This document shows positions 29,378 to 40,268 of a DNA stretch of 64,000 nucleotides, piece by piece. The position numbers were made by a program, and so were the translations under genes. The stretch lies in assembly GCA_038870975.1 (NCBI GenBank), contig JAVZJD010000002.1:480001-544000 (forward strand), given 5' to 3'. The DNA comes from Candidatus Bathyarchaeia archaeon (GTDB lineage: Archaea; Thermoproteota; CALKCG01; B24). Within the stretch, counting starts at the first letter, position 1. The number at the start of each line of letters is the position of its first letter. The notes under the pieces were generated by a model. It had not been told where the DNA came from, ran no database searches, and saw only the letters and a program-made list of their open reading frames with translations.

Positions 29378-30892
29378 TTAACCTCTTGAACTCGCTGTAC
29401 GCTTTCGAAGGAGAAGTTTATTTATAGCATTAACCATAGCTTCTACACTAGCCATAACTATGTCTTCTCTAGTGGCTCTAGCAGATACGATGCTACCTTC
29501 ATCATCTTCAACTTTAATAACAACTTCCGCCAAAGCATCTGAGCCGCCAGTTATAGCTTCAAGTCTATACTCTTTCAAATTGACTTTTACCACCGGGTTT
29601 AAAACTTCTTGAAGAGCTTTAATTGCAGCATCTACCGGGCCAACACCCGTTTTAGATGCTACGTAGACTTTACCATCTATAGAGACTTTAACAGAAGCCG
29701 TGGGAATCACCTTATTACCCGTCATCACTGCCAATTCATCTAAGTTTAGAATTCTCTCTTCTCTAACCAATTCTCCGGCTACAACTCTAGCGATAGCCAT
29801 TAAATCTTCCTCAGTAACTTGTTTACCCTTGTCGCCTAGCTCTTTAACCCTAGCTAAGACTTCTTTAACTTGAGCCTCACTAAGTTCAAGACCCATTTGA
29901 CTGAGTATAGCTTTTAAACCGTGAGTACCAGCATGCTTACCAGCTAGAATCCTCCTCTCACGCCCTACGAATTCTGGCGGTATAGGCTCATAAGTTAATG
30001 GCTGTTCTATAACACCGTGGGTATGTATACCAGATTCATGGGCGAAGGCATTCTCACCGACTACGGCCTTATTTGGTTGCACTAGAATACCTGTCAACCT
30101 AGAAACTAGTCTAGAAGTCTGATATATTAGACTAGGATTAACGTTTGTTTCAAAACCATATATCAATTTAAGTGCAACTACGACTTCTTCTAAAGCGGCA
30201 TTGCCAGCCCTCTCACCTAAACCATTAACCGTCACGTGGACTTGCTCAGCTCCAGCATCTAAAGCAGCTAAACTATTGGCAGTAGCCATTCCAAAGTCAT
30301 CGTGGCAATGTACACTTAAAGGTCTATAAACGACCTTCTTCAAATCACATATTAGGTCATACATACGTTTAGGTGTCATCACCCCCACAGTATCTGGAAC
30401 GTTTATCCTATCAACACCAGCATCACATAACGCTCTATAAAACTCCTTAAGAAATTCTACATCAGTTCTAGTGGCATCTTCAGCTGAGAATTCGACAGTT
30501 AAACCGTGAGCTTTAGCATAATCTAAAGCTTCTAAAGCCCTGTTTAAAACATCCTCCCTACTCATTTTAAGCTTATACTTTAAATGGATATCTGAAGTCG
30601 CTATAAAGAGATGTATACTGTTCAAACCGCAATCTATCACAGCATCTATGTCGGATTTTAAAGCTCTAGACAAACCGCAAACTTCAACTCTTAAACCATC
30701 CTTGGCTATCAATTTAACAGCTTCAGCTTCGCCTTTAGATGTTATTGGAAAACCAGCCTCAATAACATCTACACCCAGTTTATCTAATTGACGGGCTATG
30801 GCGAGTTTATCCTCAGCCGTCAAAGCTACGCCAGGCGTCTGCTCGCCATCCCGTAGCGTAGTGTCGAATATCCTTACATACCGCGGGGGCAT
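29378..30892 (-). CDS. leuA: 2-isopropylmalate synthase (LeuA/CimA family)
   Basis: DTTLRDGEQTPG, HCHDDFG, GERAGNA, HESGIH and a C-terminal regulatory domain. CimA cannot be excluded. Confidence 0.85.
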   Translation of the reverse strand: MPPRYVRIFDTTLRDGEQTPGVALTAEDKLAIARQLDKLGVDVIEAGFPITSKGEAEAVKLIAKDGLRVEVCGLSRALKSDIDAVIDCGLNSIHLFIATSDIHLKYKLKMSREDVLNRALEALDYAKAHGLTVEFSAEDATRTDVEFLKEFYRALCDAGVDRINVPDTVGVMTPKRMYDLICDLKKVVYRPLSVHCHDDFGMATANSLAALDAGAEQVHVTVNGLGERAGNAALEEVVVALKLIYGFETNVNPSLIYQTSRLVSRLTGILVQPNKAVVGENAFAHESGIHTHGVIEQPLTYEPIPPEFVGRERRILAGKHAGTHGLKAILSQMGLELSEAQVKEVLARVKELGDKGKQVTEEDLMAIARVVAGELVREERILNLDELAVMTGNKVIPTASVKVSIDGKVYVASKTGVGPVDAAIKALQEVLNPVVKVNLKEYRLEAITGGSDALAEVVIKVEDDEGSIVSARATREDIVMASVEAMVNAINKLLLRKRTASSRG

Positions 30893-30925
30893 AATTGAAT
30901 AAAATGATGCCTGATATTAAAAAGC

Positions 30926-31978
30926 TTACCCTCTTAAAGACCCGCCAGAAGCGACTACTCTAATTAAAGAAGCAACCTTTAAACCCATATCCTTAGTCGA
31001 CAAAGAGCCACCTAGATCGGGAGTAACGTATCCTCTCCTAAAAGCTTCTATGATGGATTTTTCTATGATTTTAGCTGCTTCCAAGCAGATTTCATCGTTA
31101 TTTTTAAAACCCAACCATTCAAACATCATCTTAGACGCCAATATGAGGCTAGTAGGGTTGGCTATATTTCGACCTGCAATATCCCATGCAGCTCCATGAA
31201 CTGGTTCAAAGAGGCCATACTTATCCCCGATGTTGGCGGCAGGTGCCACACCTAATCCGCCTACAAGCTGAGCCGCTTCATCGCTTAATATATCCCCAAA
31301 CATGTTTGTAGTGACGATCACATCAAAGTCTTCAGGCTTCTTTATTAGAAACATCGCTGCGGCATCGACATAGAGTTCTTCGTATGAAATACCGGGATAG
31401 TTTCTAGCGACTGCTCGACAAGTCTCTGCGAACAGACCACACGTAGCTTTTAAAACATTAGCCTTATGCACAGCCGTAACCTTACGTTTAACATTTCTTC
31501 TGACAGCTTCTTCAAATGCGTATTTAGCTATACGCTCAGACCCAGCTCTAGTTATCACTCGTAGGCTTACGGCCACATCGCCCAGCATATATTCAAAGCC
31601 TTTATAGAGACCCTCAGTATTCTCTCTAACTATTACAAAATCTATGTTAGGCTTTAAACACGGAACATTCGGATAGGATTTAAACGGTCTAACATTTGCA
31701 TAGAGGTCTAGTAGCTGTCTAAGCTTCACTATGACCGCGGCTGCCGTTTCACCTACGGGACCCTTTAATGTGGCGTCAGACTTCGTAATCGATTTAACCG
31801 TTTCTTCAGGCAACGCAATACCATGCTTCTGTAAACACCCATCCCCAGCTTCAAGAAACCTATAGTTGACGTTTAGACCTAGAGTATTCTCAACAGCATT
31901 TAAAACCGTCATAGTGGCTTCAGTTAATTCTGGGCCTATACCGTCGCCGGGTATTAAGGCAATGTTGTAGGTTTTCAG
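30926..31978 (-). CDS. leuB: 3-isopropylmalate/isocitrate dehydrogenase family; probable CTG start at 31978
   Basis: Conserved N-terminus KTYNIALIPGDGIGPE lies upstream of the track's ATG; RENTEGLY, NMFGDILSD and EPVHG. Confidence 0.88.
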   Translation of the reverse strand: MKTYNIALIPGDGIGPELTEATMTVLNAVENTLGLNVNYRFLEAGDGCLQKHGIALPEETVKSITKSDATLKGPVGETAAAVIVKLRQLLDLYANVRPFKSYPNVPCLKPNIDFVIVRENTEGLYKGFEYMLGDVAVSLRVITRAGSERIAKYAFEEAVRRNVKRKVTAVHKANVLKATCGLFAETCRAVARNYPGISYEELYVDAAAMFLIKKPEDFDVIVTTNMFGDILSDEAAQLVGGLGVAPAANIGDKYGLFEPVHGAAWDIAGRNIANPTSLILASKMMFEWLGFKNNDEICLEAAKIIEKSIIEAFRRGYVTPDLGGSLSTKDMGLKVASLIRVVASGGSLRG

Positions 31979-32466
31979 GTTAACCTCCTCCGCAGATAAG
32001 CTACTAAACCACCATCCTTAAGTATTTCCAGTATGAATTCTGGAAGAGCTTTAGTCCTATAGACTTCATTCTTAGACGTATTAATTATTACTCCCTCCGC
32101 CAAATTTACTGTAACTGAGTCGCCGTTATTCAGCCTCTCCGAAGCCTCTGGACATACAACTATAGGTAAACCGATGTTAATGGCGTTTCTGTAGAATATT
32201 CTGGCAAATGACTTTGCGATTATACATTTAACGCCAGCATGCTTTAAAGCAACCGGAGCCTCTTCTCTACTGGATCCGCATCCGAAGTTTTTACCAACTA
32301 CTAGAATGCCAGTCTGCTTAATCTTATTGGAGAACTCTGGGTCTATCCCTTCTAAAGCATGTCTTCCAAGTTCTTCATAGTCTGTTATACCAAGGTATTT
32401 ACCTGGCACTATAACGTCTGTGTCTATGTTGTCTCCATATTTTACAACTGAACCACTTACTATCAT
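31975..32466 (-). CDS. leuD: 3-isopropylmalate dehydratase small subunit
   Basis: GDNIDTDVI, NFGCGSSREEA and SFARIFYRNAINIGL. Confidence 0.92.
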   Translation of the reverse strand: MIVSGSVVKYGDNIDTDVIVPGKYLGITDYEELGRHALEGIDPEFSNKIKQTGILVVGKNFGCGSSREEAPVALKHAGVKCIIAKSFARIFYRNAINIGLPIVVCPEASERLNNGDSVTVNLAEGVIINTSKNEVYRTKALPEFILEILKDGGLVAYLRRRLT

Positions 32467-33722
32467 GCTACCACCTCCCTAGGATCTGTTATAACGCCTG
32501 TTAAAGCAGACGCCATAACTGTTGCCGGAGAAGCCAAGTAAACTCTAGCCTTAGGACTACCCATACGCCCGATGAAGTTTCTATTTATTGAAGCTATGCA
32601 TACTTCACCTTCACTTATAACACCCATATGCGCTCCTATGCAAGCACCACACGTTGGATTACAGACTAGAGCACCAGCTTGTAGAAATATATCGATTAAA
32701 CCTTCTTTTAATGCATCTTGATACACTTCTTGAGAAGCTGGAACGATTACTGCTCTAACGTCGGGTTTAACCTTCCTACCTTTAGCTATTCTAGCAGCTA
32801 GTCTTAAATCTTCAAGACGCCCATTAGTGCAAGAACCTATGTATGCTTGATCTATCTTAATACCTTCGGCTTCAGATACCGGCTTAACATTGTCTACGGA
32901 GTTTGGACATGCTACTTGAGGCTCCAACTTTGAAACGTCAAAAGTGTAAATTTCATCGAATGTAGCATTATGATCGCTACGAAAGCCCGGACTATATGGT
33001 ATGTTTTTAGACTTGAAAAACTGCTCAGTAACGTGGTCTGGTTCAACTATTCCAGTTTTAGCACCCATTTCAACAGCCATATTGCACATAGTCATACGTC
33101 CACCTACACTCATATTCTCCACGGTAGACCCTTTGAAAATAACGGCCTTGTAGACGGCACCTGAAACACTTAAACATCCTATGACGTAAAGTATCACGTC
33201 TTTAGGGGTAACCATATCTCTCAATTCACCGTCAATCTTCACACAGACTGTTTCTGGAACCCTGAGCCAAGTTTCACCAGTAGCTAGAACAGCTGCTACA
33301 TCGGTGGCTCCCATACCTGTTGAAAAAGCCCCAACCGCACCATAAGTACACGTATGAGAGTCTGCACCTATTATGAGTTCACCTGGCTTAGCATGGCCCT
33401 TCTCGACCATAACTTGATGGCATATCCCGCCTCTACCGATGTCGTAAAACCACTTAATCCTCTGCTCTTTAACGAATTCCCTAATGATCTTCTGGTTTAA
33501 AGCGGCTCTTTCAGTATTCGGAGGCACTAAATGGTCGAATATTACAACCACTCTATCGGGATCCCAGACCTTGGAAACACCTATCTCTCTAAAGGCTTTA
33601 ACGGTCAAAGGGCCAGTCAAATCATGGAACATTACTCGGTCAACCTTAGCATTTACTATCTCACCAGGCTCTACTCTACTTTTACCTGAAACTCTACACA
33701 ATATCTTCTCAACAATATTCAT
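32463..33722 (-). CDS. leuC: 3-isopropylmalate dehydratase large subunit
   Basis: ADSHTCTYG, IGSCTNGR, CGACIG and NRNFIGRMG. ATG at 33722 preferred as start. Confidence 0.92.
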   Translation of the reverse strand: MNIVEKILCRVSGKSRVEPGEIVNAKVDRVMFHDLTGPLTVKAFREIGVSKVWDPDRVVVIFDHLVPPNTERAALNQKIIREFVKEQRIKWFYDIGRGGICHQVMVEKGHAKPGELIIGADSHTCTYGAVGAFSTGMGATDVAAVLATGETWLRVPETVCVKIDGELRDMVTPKDVILYVIGCLSVSGAVYKAVIFKGSTVENMSVGGRMTMCNMAVEMGAKTGIVEPDHVTEQFFKSKNIPYSPGFRSDHNATFDEIYTFDVSKLEPQVACPNSVDNVKPVSEAEGIKIDQAYIGSCTNGRLEDLRLAARIAKGRKVKPDVRAVIVPASQEVYQDALKEGLIDIFLQAGALVCNPTCGACIGAHMGVISEGEVCIASINRNFIGRMGSPKARVYLASPATVMASALTGVITDPREVVA

Positions 33723-33886
33723 CGAGACCACTAATAACACTTATCTAGAGACTTAAGTGTTTGCCTTTTATTACTTTCGCTTCTCCAAACAGACTTCAAT
33801 ATATTTTCACTAAGCCTTATTTCAAGCACTTTCAATAGATTTCTATGGTCTTCTCCGCTAATGAAGAAGAAAAATGTGGGGGAAGT

Positions 33887-35938
33887 TTAGAACGGTATAA
33901 AGAACCTTACCGTTCCTATTAGGTAAGCTATTAAGTTTGCCAGTGCATATCCGGCTACTCCACCGCTTACAAATGGTATAGCATATTTTTCATATGCTTT
34001 GCTTCCACCCATTCTGAGAGTGAGCCATTTAGCTATCCAAGCAGCTAGGAAAGTGGTCCATTCCTTCATGTGGTTGGGGGCGATGCTTGTAGCTATTATG
34101 AAGCCTACTGGATGTATGGGCCACCATAGGAATCTGGCTCTTAAGAGGAAAAGCACCATGGTTATTATAAAGCCTATGGCTCCAGCTGCTAATTGGAATC
34201 CGCTTGCAGGAGCACGATCATAGTCGCCGAAGTCGTTATCACACCAGTCTGTTACGGAGCATTCTCCCCATATCGGAACACGGCCAACGCCTAGAATATT
34301 GACTATCCAAACTCTTGTTACCATTGCAACGAATATGGATATTACGCTGACGATTGTAGTTAATATAAACACATCTTTAAGGTTGATTTTAGCTAAGCCT
34401 CCCATCTTAAGGTTTTGAATCGTAAGATAGGCTCCAGTCTGCAATCCCATGGTTACGTGGTTTACACCTGTGGCAAGGAATGTATGGGTCATAACCCAGT
34501 CTGTCGTATAGGTTTCAGGGCGATTCTGGAACCATATGATTCTTAGCGGCCAGCTAGGCCAGTAGCCCCTGTTATGAATGTATCCGCATCCGCTTAGTCC
34601 TAGGACATACGTTGCTGCAACCACGTTTATGAATGCTCCTATTATTAGGACTGATAGTGCTGTTCCTAAGCTTAAACCTGCCGAGAAGCAGAAAGCTAGA
34701 ACTACTATGGCTGAGCCTACTATGAGTATATATACAGTTCTATAGTTGAATGGTTCTCCAGCCTCTTCAGGCGTTTTACCACGACCGCCGTGGACGGCGA
34801 GTCTTATTGTTTCAGCAAGGTAGCTTCTGGCGTGGAATATCATCATAACTGTTACAGCTGTTGTTCCACCTATCATGGTCATCCACATCCAGTAGTACGG
34901 TGGACCGTACAGAGGTGATATTTCGAAGCCACCCCATGCTCTAACTCTGCAGGCGCTACCCATATTAAATACACCTGTGTAGTAGCCCATAGTGTAGGCT
35001 ACTTGAGCCAGTATCATTATGATTATCTGGAAAACCCATACTGTGAAGAGAACTTCTAAGGGAGCAAGATAGTATATGAAGAACGGTAAAATGTTTTTAG
35101 AGTAGCCTGGAAACCATACTATAGCACTTGCTATAGGATGATTTGGAAGTAGACATACACAGCCCTGTGGGCTAGTCTCTTCTACAGGCGTGCCTCTGAA
35201 GGCTAAGACGTCAGGCCACCAAGGAAACATATACGTCATCATAATTTGAAATTCGTAGACAAGCGCTATAATGAAGCCTGTAATAAATAGACTTCTAGTT
35301 CTTTCTAAGCTAGGCTCGCCAGAAGCTACATTTATAATCTCATGTGTTGCTATGACATATGGAAATGGAACCTTCTCTATGTCCAACCATCTACGTCTGA
35401 ATAGAAGCATTACACTTGAGCCGAAAAGATAGAATACAATAAAGTACATAGACCAGAATACTATGCTTCCACTCCATGCGCTCCAATTCACAGTAGCACC
35501 ACCGACGGTTATAAGTCTTACAACTTCAATGGGAGGCATCCACCACCAACTCTGAACTACAGGTAAAAACTCCGGCTGTGTCTGTAGTATAGTTCTACTA
35601 AAGCCAACAGGAAAAGATGCGAAAGTCTCATAATGCCCAATACCATACATACCGACTGCTGCACCTACGATGTACAATAAGACATACGATGAAGTCGATA
35701 TCTTGAATTTTAGAAGTCTAAACGGATACGCTAACAGTATTACTAAAAGACTCATTATTGGAATACCCATAGTCTTAGAAACGGTACCCCACGCATAACG
35801 ACACATGAAAGCACCGCCCACTGAACCATTTAAAGCGATCTCTACAGTACCTATGAAACTCAGTACTACGGATAGAATGGCCAAGGAAATTAGTAGAGGG
35901 GGTTTAATCTTAAACTCTTCAATAGATTTTTCTGACAT
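33887..35938 (-). CDS. Large polytopic membrane protein, DUF6785/DUF6784 (OPT-superfamily-like) putative transporter
   Basis: Many TM helices; RRRWLDIEKVPFP, RARFLWWPIHPVG and KWLTLRMGGSKAYEK..PF..G motifs. Confidence 0.65.
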   Translation of the reverse strand: MSEKSIEEFKIKPPLLISLAILSVVLSFIGTVEIALNGSVGGAFMCRYAWGTVSKTMGIPIMSLLVILLAYPFRLLKFKISTSSYVLLYIVGAAVGMYGIGHYETFASFPVGFSRTILQTQPEFLPVVQSWWWMPPIEVVRLITVGGATVNWSAWSGSIVFWSMYFIVFYLFGSSVMLLFRRRWLDIEKVPFPYVIATHEIINVASGEPSLERTRSLFITGFIIALVYEFQIMMTYMFPWWPDVLAFRGTPVEETSPQGCVCLLPNHPIASAIVWFPGYSKNILPFFIYYLAPLEVLFTVWVFQIIIMILAQVAYTMGYYTGVFNMGSACRVRAWGGFEISPLYGPPYYWMWMTMIGGTTAVTVMMIFHARSYLAETIRLAVHGGRGKTPEEAGEPFNYRTVYILIVGSAIVVLAFCFSAGLSLGTALSVLIIGAFINVVAATYVLGLSGCGYIHNRGYWPSWPLRIIWFQNRPETYTTDWVMTHTFLATGVNHVTMGLQTGAYLTIQNLKMGGLAKINLKDVFILTTIVSVISIFVAMVTRVWIVNILGVGRVPIWGECSVTDWCDNDFGDYDRAPASGFQLAAGAIGFIITMVLFLLRARFLWWPIHPVGFIIATSIAPNHMKEWTTFLAAWIAKWLTLRMGGSKAYEKYAIPFVSGGVAGYALANLIAYLIGTVRFFIPF

Positions 35939-36426
35939 TATCTCCCATCGACTCTTTTATGTTAAAGGTGTATATAATACTTTGCAAGCTTCGCTGGCTT
36001 TCGATTTATTAATTTGCATCTTGCTAAGACATTTATGCTCCAAATGTAGAGTGGATAACAGTAGTGGTCTTGAAAAACGCTGATGAAGGGTAGAAGATAT
36101 ACCTAAACTTCTTGACATAAATGGTTTGAAGGAGGATGCCATTAAAAGCCTAGTTAAAGGCATTATCTACTGGATAGGTTCGACAAGAAAAACCACATAG
36201 ACGCTAGGAAGAGATACAGGCAGTCTTAGAAGGAGGAGCATCGAATAGCCACGATCTATGCATCAAAATGGTTACTCTTTTTTGATGTGCTGGGAAGAGT
36301 GTGAGATAAGTCTTAGAACGTATTCACCTCAACTGATATAGTTAACTTTGAGTTTTTGAACTCTAAATCCATCGCAGAGTAAATACATAGTAGTTCCATA
36401 TGGCCAGCCGCTCTCTAAACTTTAGT

Positions 36427-37770
36427 TTAATTTCCGAATTCACGTAATATGTTAGCGGCGTATGCGACGCCTTTGACTAAATGGTCAATTGTATTAAACT
36501 CGTTAGGAGCATGGGCTTTAGAGAAAGGTGGAGCGCACCCAGTCCAAATAGAATTTAAATGTAGAAGTCTGGTAAAAACGTAATCTGGTCCTGAGCCAGC
36601 AGCACTTGGATATAATATTGGTCTAGCTTTGTACACTTCCTCAGCTGCATACGAGGAAGTTTTAACTATCCGTGCTGAAGGGGGTGTTTTAGACGGCAAG
36701 AGAGAACCTAATTTAACGATTTCCACGTCTCTGTAGCCCTTAGAGTCTAAATGTCTTCTAAGAAGGGTTAAGAGTTTATCTGGATTTTGATTCATTACTA
36801 ATCTGAAATCCAACTTTACAACGGCTTCGCATGGAAGGACGGTTTTAGGACCCTCTTCAATATAACCACACCTTAAACCAGCAATGTTAGCAGTGGGTTC
36901 ACATATTAACTTTCTAAGCGCATCAACTCCTTTAACCCCATCTAGGAATTCTTCAACCCCAAATTCTCTCATAATATCCTCATCTTCATGAGGGAGTTCC
37001 GAGATTAACCTAGCTTCTTCTGAAGTAATTGGTTGAATATCATCATACCAGCCTTTAATATTTATCCGTCCATCTGGAGACCTTATAGAGTTTAAAGCCC
37101 ATACAAGCCTCCAAGCTGGATTAGCAATCAGCGGTGCATAAGAAGAGTGGGCATCTACCTTAGCAGTTTTACACCTCAGCTCGACATATAACATACCCTT
37201 AACTCCTAAGTAAATCGATGGTCTATTCGAAGGATGGAGCCCACCATCCCAACATACAACGGCATCAGACTTAAGAAGGTCTTTATGGGTTTCTACGAAA
37301 TCTGGAAGGTTTGGACTTCCAATCTCCTCTTCGCCTTCGAAGAGAAACTTGACGTTTACAGGCGTAGACTTTCCACTTTTGATATAATATTCAACTGCTT
37401 TAAGAAAAGCCATTATATTGCCCTTTGAATCTGAAGCCCCCCTCGCTATGATCTTACCGTCCACCACTTCCGCTTCAAAAGGCGGGTAGACCCATTCGCT
37501 TAGGGGGTCTGGAGGCTGAACATCGTAGTGGCTATAGATTAAAAGAGTCTTACTAGACTCTTGAGATTTAACTTCACCATAGACTACTGGATTACCCTTA
37601 CTTTGAACAACATCAGCATACATGCCTAGATCTTCCATTAAATCTCTCAGAAGAAGAGCACATTCATTGATGCCTATGTTTTTCGCCGAAATACTTGGTT
37701 GTCTGAGGAGACACCGGTACTTATCTATAAGATCGTCAAGCGTAAGCTTCACATAACTTAATATATCCAT
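36427..37770 (-). CDS. M20/M25/M40 metallo-hydrolase (dipeptidase/DapE-like)
   Basis: YSHYDVQPP, ARGASDSKG, EGEEEIGSP and HAPNE. Confidence 0.9.
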   Translation of the reverse strand: MDILSYVKLTLDDLIDKYRCLLRQPSISAKNIGINECALLLRDLMEDLGMYADVVQSKGNPVVYGEVKSQESSKTLLIYSHYDVQPPDPLSEWVYPPFEAEVVDGKIIARGASDSKGNIMAFLKAVEYYIKSGKSTPVNVKFLFEGEEEIGSPNLPDFVETHKDLLKSDAVVCWDGGLHPSNRPSIYLGVKGMLYVELRCKTAKVDAHSSYAPLIANPAWRLVWALNSIRSPDGRINIKGWYDDIQPITSEEARLISELPHEDEDIMREFGVEEFLDGVKGVDALRKLICEPTANIAGLRCGYIEEGPKTVLPCEAVVKLDFRLVMNQNPDKLLTLLRRHLDSKGYRDVEIVKLGSLLPSKTPPSARIVKTSSYAAEEVYKARPILYPSAAGSGPDYVFTRLLHLNSIWTGCAPPFSKAHAPNEFNTIDHLVKGVAYAANILREFGN

Positions 37771-37842
37771 ACAGAAAGATAATTGGCTAGAAGAAGTAGA
37801 TTAACGTTTAGATAACGCTCCCAAGATGCAATGGAAGGAGTG

Positions 37843-38898
37843 TTATTCTTTCAGAGGAAGCTCCACAACGCTTCCAGTAGCAGAAGACCTATAGATCGCC
37901 CTTATGAGTTCTAGACTCCTACGCCCTTCATAACCGTCCACTCGAGGCTTTCTATCTTCTAAAATCGCATCGACGAAATCCTTTAAGAGACGTTTATGGT
38001 TTTCTATGGGAACTGCTTCAGGTCTCTCCCATGATTTAAGTCCCTCTATCCTTTTAACCGGAGGCTTTAAAGTTGGAATTTCCTCAGCAATCTTCATAAA
38101 CTTGACTTCATCCCCTTCAACTATAACTGTTCCCTTCAAACCATGAATCTCCAATCTCGTGGGTAGACCCGGGTACGTGGCGGTGCTAGCCTGTATGACT
38201 CCTAATGCACCGTTTCTGAATCTGACTATGGCTGCCGCTAGGTCTTCAACCTCAATATTATGACCTACTGTAGCTACTTTAGCCCAGACAGACTCAGGTT
38301 CGCCCATAATCCATAGAAGTAAGTCTATCGTGTGAATTGCCTGGTTTATTAGAGCCCCACCTCCCTCCGTAGCTAGTCTACCCCTCCACGAGCTACTTGT
38401 ATAGTATTCCTCGGTTCTGTACCATTCAACTACGGCTTCACCCATTACCAGTCTTCCAAGAGCACCCTTATCTACAAGAGATTTCACAAAATTGAAGGAG
38501 TCGTCGAATCTAGATTGTAAGATTACACCAAGCTTAACACCTCTAGTCTCAGCTCTCCTTATAAGCTCATCAGCTTCTGTTAGATTGATTGCCATAGGTT
38601 TATCCACGAGTACATTAATACCGTTCTCTATCGCCTCTAAAGCTACCTGAAAATGCACATAGTGAGGAGCTGAGACAGCTAATATGTCAGGCTTCTCTAA
38701 ATTGAACATATCGTAGACGTTTGAATATGCAACTTTAAACCCGTATTTTCTAGCAAATTCTTCAGTTTTAGCCTTATTTCTAGCTACAACACCGGTAAGT
38801 TCTAGAAGGCCTTCTTTGGCAAGCTTAGCTGCAGCTCCAGATATAAAGCTACTACCCACACCCGTACCTACAACGCCAAACTTTAAACGGGTTGACAC
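37843..38898 (-). CDS. Gfo/Idh/MocA family NAD(P)-dependent oxidoreductase
   Basis: FGVVGTG, VDKPMA and GGGALINQAIHTID. Confidence 0.9.
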   Translation of the reverse strand: MSTRLKFGVVGTGVGSSFISGAAAKLAKEGLLELTGVVARNKAKTEEFARKYGFKVAYSNVYDMFNLEKPDILAVSAPHYVHFQVALEAIENGINVLVDKPMAINLTEADELIRRAETRGVKLGVILQSRFDDSFNFVKSLVDKGALGRLVMGEAVVEWYRTEEYYTSSSWRGRLATEGGGALINQAIHTIDLLLWIMGEPESVWAKVATVGHNIEVEDLAAAIVRFRNGALGVIQASTATYPGLPTRLEIHGLKGTVIVEGDEVKFMKIAEEIPTLKPPVKRIEGLKSWERPEAVPIENHKRLLKDFVDAILEDRKPRVDGYEGRRSLELIRAIYRSSATGSVVELPLKE

Positions 38899-39052
38899 TT
38901 TAACACCGTCTAGAAATTTAGAATATAAGTAGATGTAAACTTTTTCACCTCTTATCCATGCAAATAGCCTCAGCCCAATCGTAAAACACAGCTTAAAAAC
39001 ATTAGGTTGGTTAGTAATTCTTAAAAAGAAACCTTAGAGAAAATATTTAAAC

Positions 39053-40129
39053 GTGGTTATTTTGACACCCCGTGAGAGAATTATTGCTACTTTACAACAT
39101 AGAGAGGATAGATTGGATAGAATACCCATACACGATAGTCCGTGGGCTGCCACAGTCAATAGGTGGATAAGAGAAGGCTTACCTGACGGTCAATCTCCTG
39201 ACGATTATTTCGGCTACGAGATTGCCCAGTTTAGCGCAGATACATCTCCTATGTTCCCCGTTGAAGTAATACATGAAGACGCGGAGTACATAATTGAGAG
39301 GACTTCATATGGAGGAATACGTAGAAACCATAAGGATTACTCTACAACTCCAGAGATAATAGATTGGCCATGTAAAACCAAAGAAGATTGGGAGAAGATT
39401 AAGGTTAGACTTCAGCCTAGTGAGAGGAGGGTTGATTGGGTCTCATCATTGAACGCATACCATAGGGAGAGGAGCCGTGGAAAGTTTATAATGTATGGTG
39501 CAGCCGTAGGCTACGATAAGATTCAAAACTATGTAAAGTCTACAGAGCTCCTTAAAGCCGTTATAAGAGACCCTGAATGGGTTAAAGACATGTACTGGAC
39601 AGACGCTAAACTCGCCATGGATATGTGTGACATCATGATCAAAGGGGGTTTTAAATTCGACGGAGCATTCTTATACTGTGACTTAGGTTATAGAAAAGGG
39701 CTATTCTTCTCACCGAGACACTATGAGGAACAATTGCATCCAGTGTTCAAGGAATTGTGCAGGTTTTTCAAGTCTAGAGGAATGTACGTGTTTCTCCACT
39801 GTTGCGGCAATGTGAAAGACTTAATACCATACTTCATAGAGGAGGGGATAGACGTCCTACAGCCTCTAGAAGTTAAAGCAGGTATGGATCTCATAGAACT
39901 TAAGGAAAAATATGGAGATAAGATGACTTTCATGGGCGGTATAGACGTTAGACTCATGGCTTTAGACGACCCTAAACCCATAGAGGAGGAGATTAAGAGG
40001 AAGATTACCTTTGCGAAGCAGGGTGGAGGTTACATATATCACTCAGACCACTCTATTCCAAAGAATGTAAGTTTTCAAAACTATAAACGCGTAATAGAAC
40101 TCGTCCACAAATACGGTAGATACCGTTAG
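39053..40129 (+). CDS. URO-D/MtaA-CmuA superfamily protein
   Basis: LTPRERI...DRIP, CDLG, LHCCGN, QPLEVKAGMD, MGGID and GGYIYHSDHS. Confidence 0.85.
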   Translation: MVILTPRERIIATLQHREDRLDRIPIHDSPWAATVNRWIREGLPDGQSPDDYFGYEIAQFSADTSPMFPVEVIHEDAEYIIERTSYGGIRRNHKDYSTTPEIIDWPCKTKEDWEKIKVRLQPSERRVDWVSSLNAYHRERSRGKFIMYGAAVGYDKIQNYVKSTELLKAVIRDPEWVKDMYWTDAKLAMDMCDIMIKGGFKFDGAFLYCDLGYRKGLFFSPRHYEEQLHPVFKELCRFFKSRGMYVFLHCCGNVKDLIPYFIEEGIDVLQPLEVKAGMDLIELKEKYGDKMTFMGGIDVRLMALDDPKPIEEEIKRKITFAKQGGGYIYHSDHSIPKNVSFQNYKRVIELVHKYGRYR

Positions 40130-40268
40130 AAACAATGCGAAGCCGTAGGAATTTCAAATAAACTGTCCGTTCGATTTTCGGCTTTAATACTATTCTAACG
40201 TAGCCTACTGTTAAAACTGAATTGGAGTGAAAGTTTAATTTTCAGATCTAGTAAAATTTAATCTACGT

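Noticed and set aside
35940-36420. Short ORFs in the roughly 480-bp gap between the OPT-like gene and the M20 hydrolase
   Set aside because: No recognisable homology or structure; possibly a decayed gene, but not supportable.
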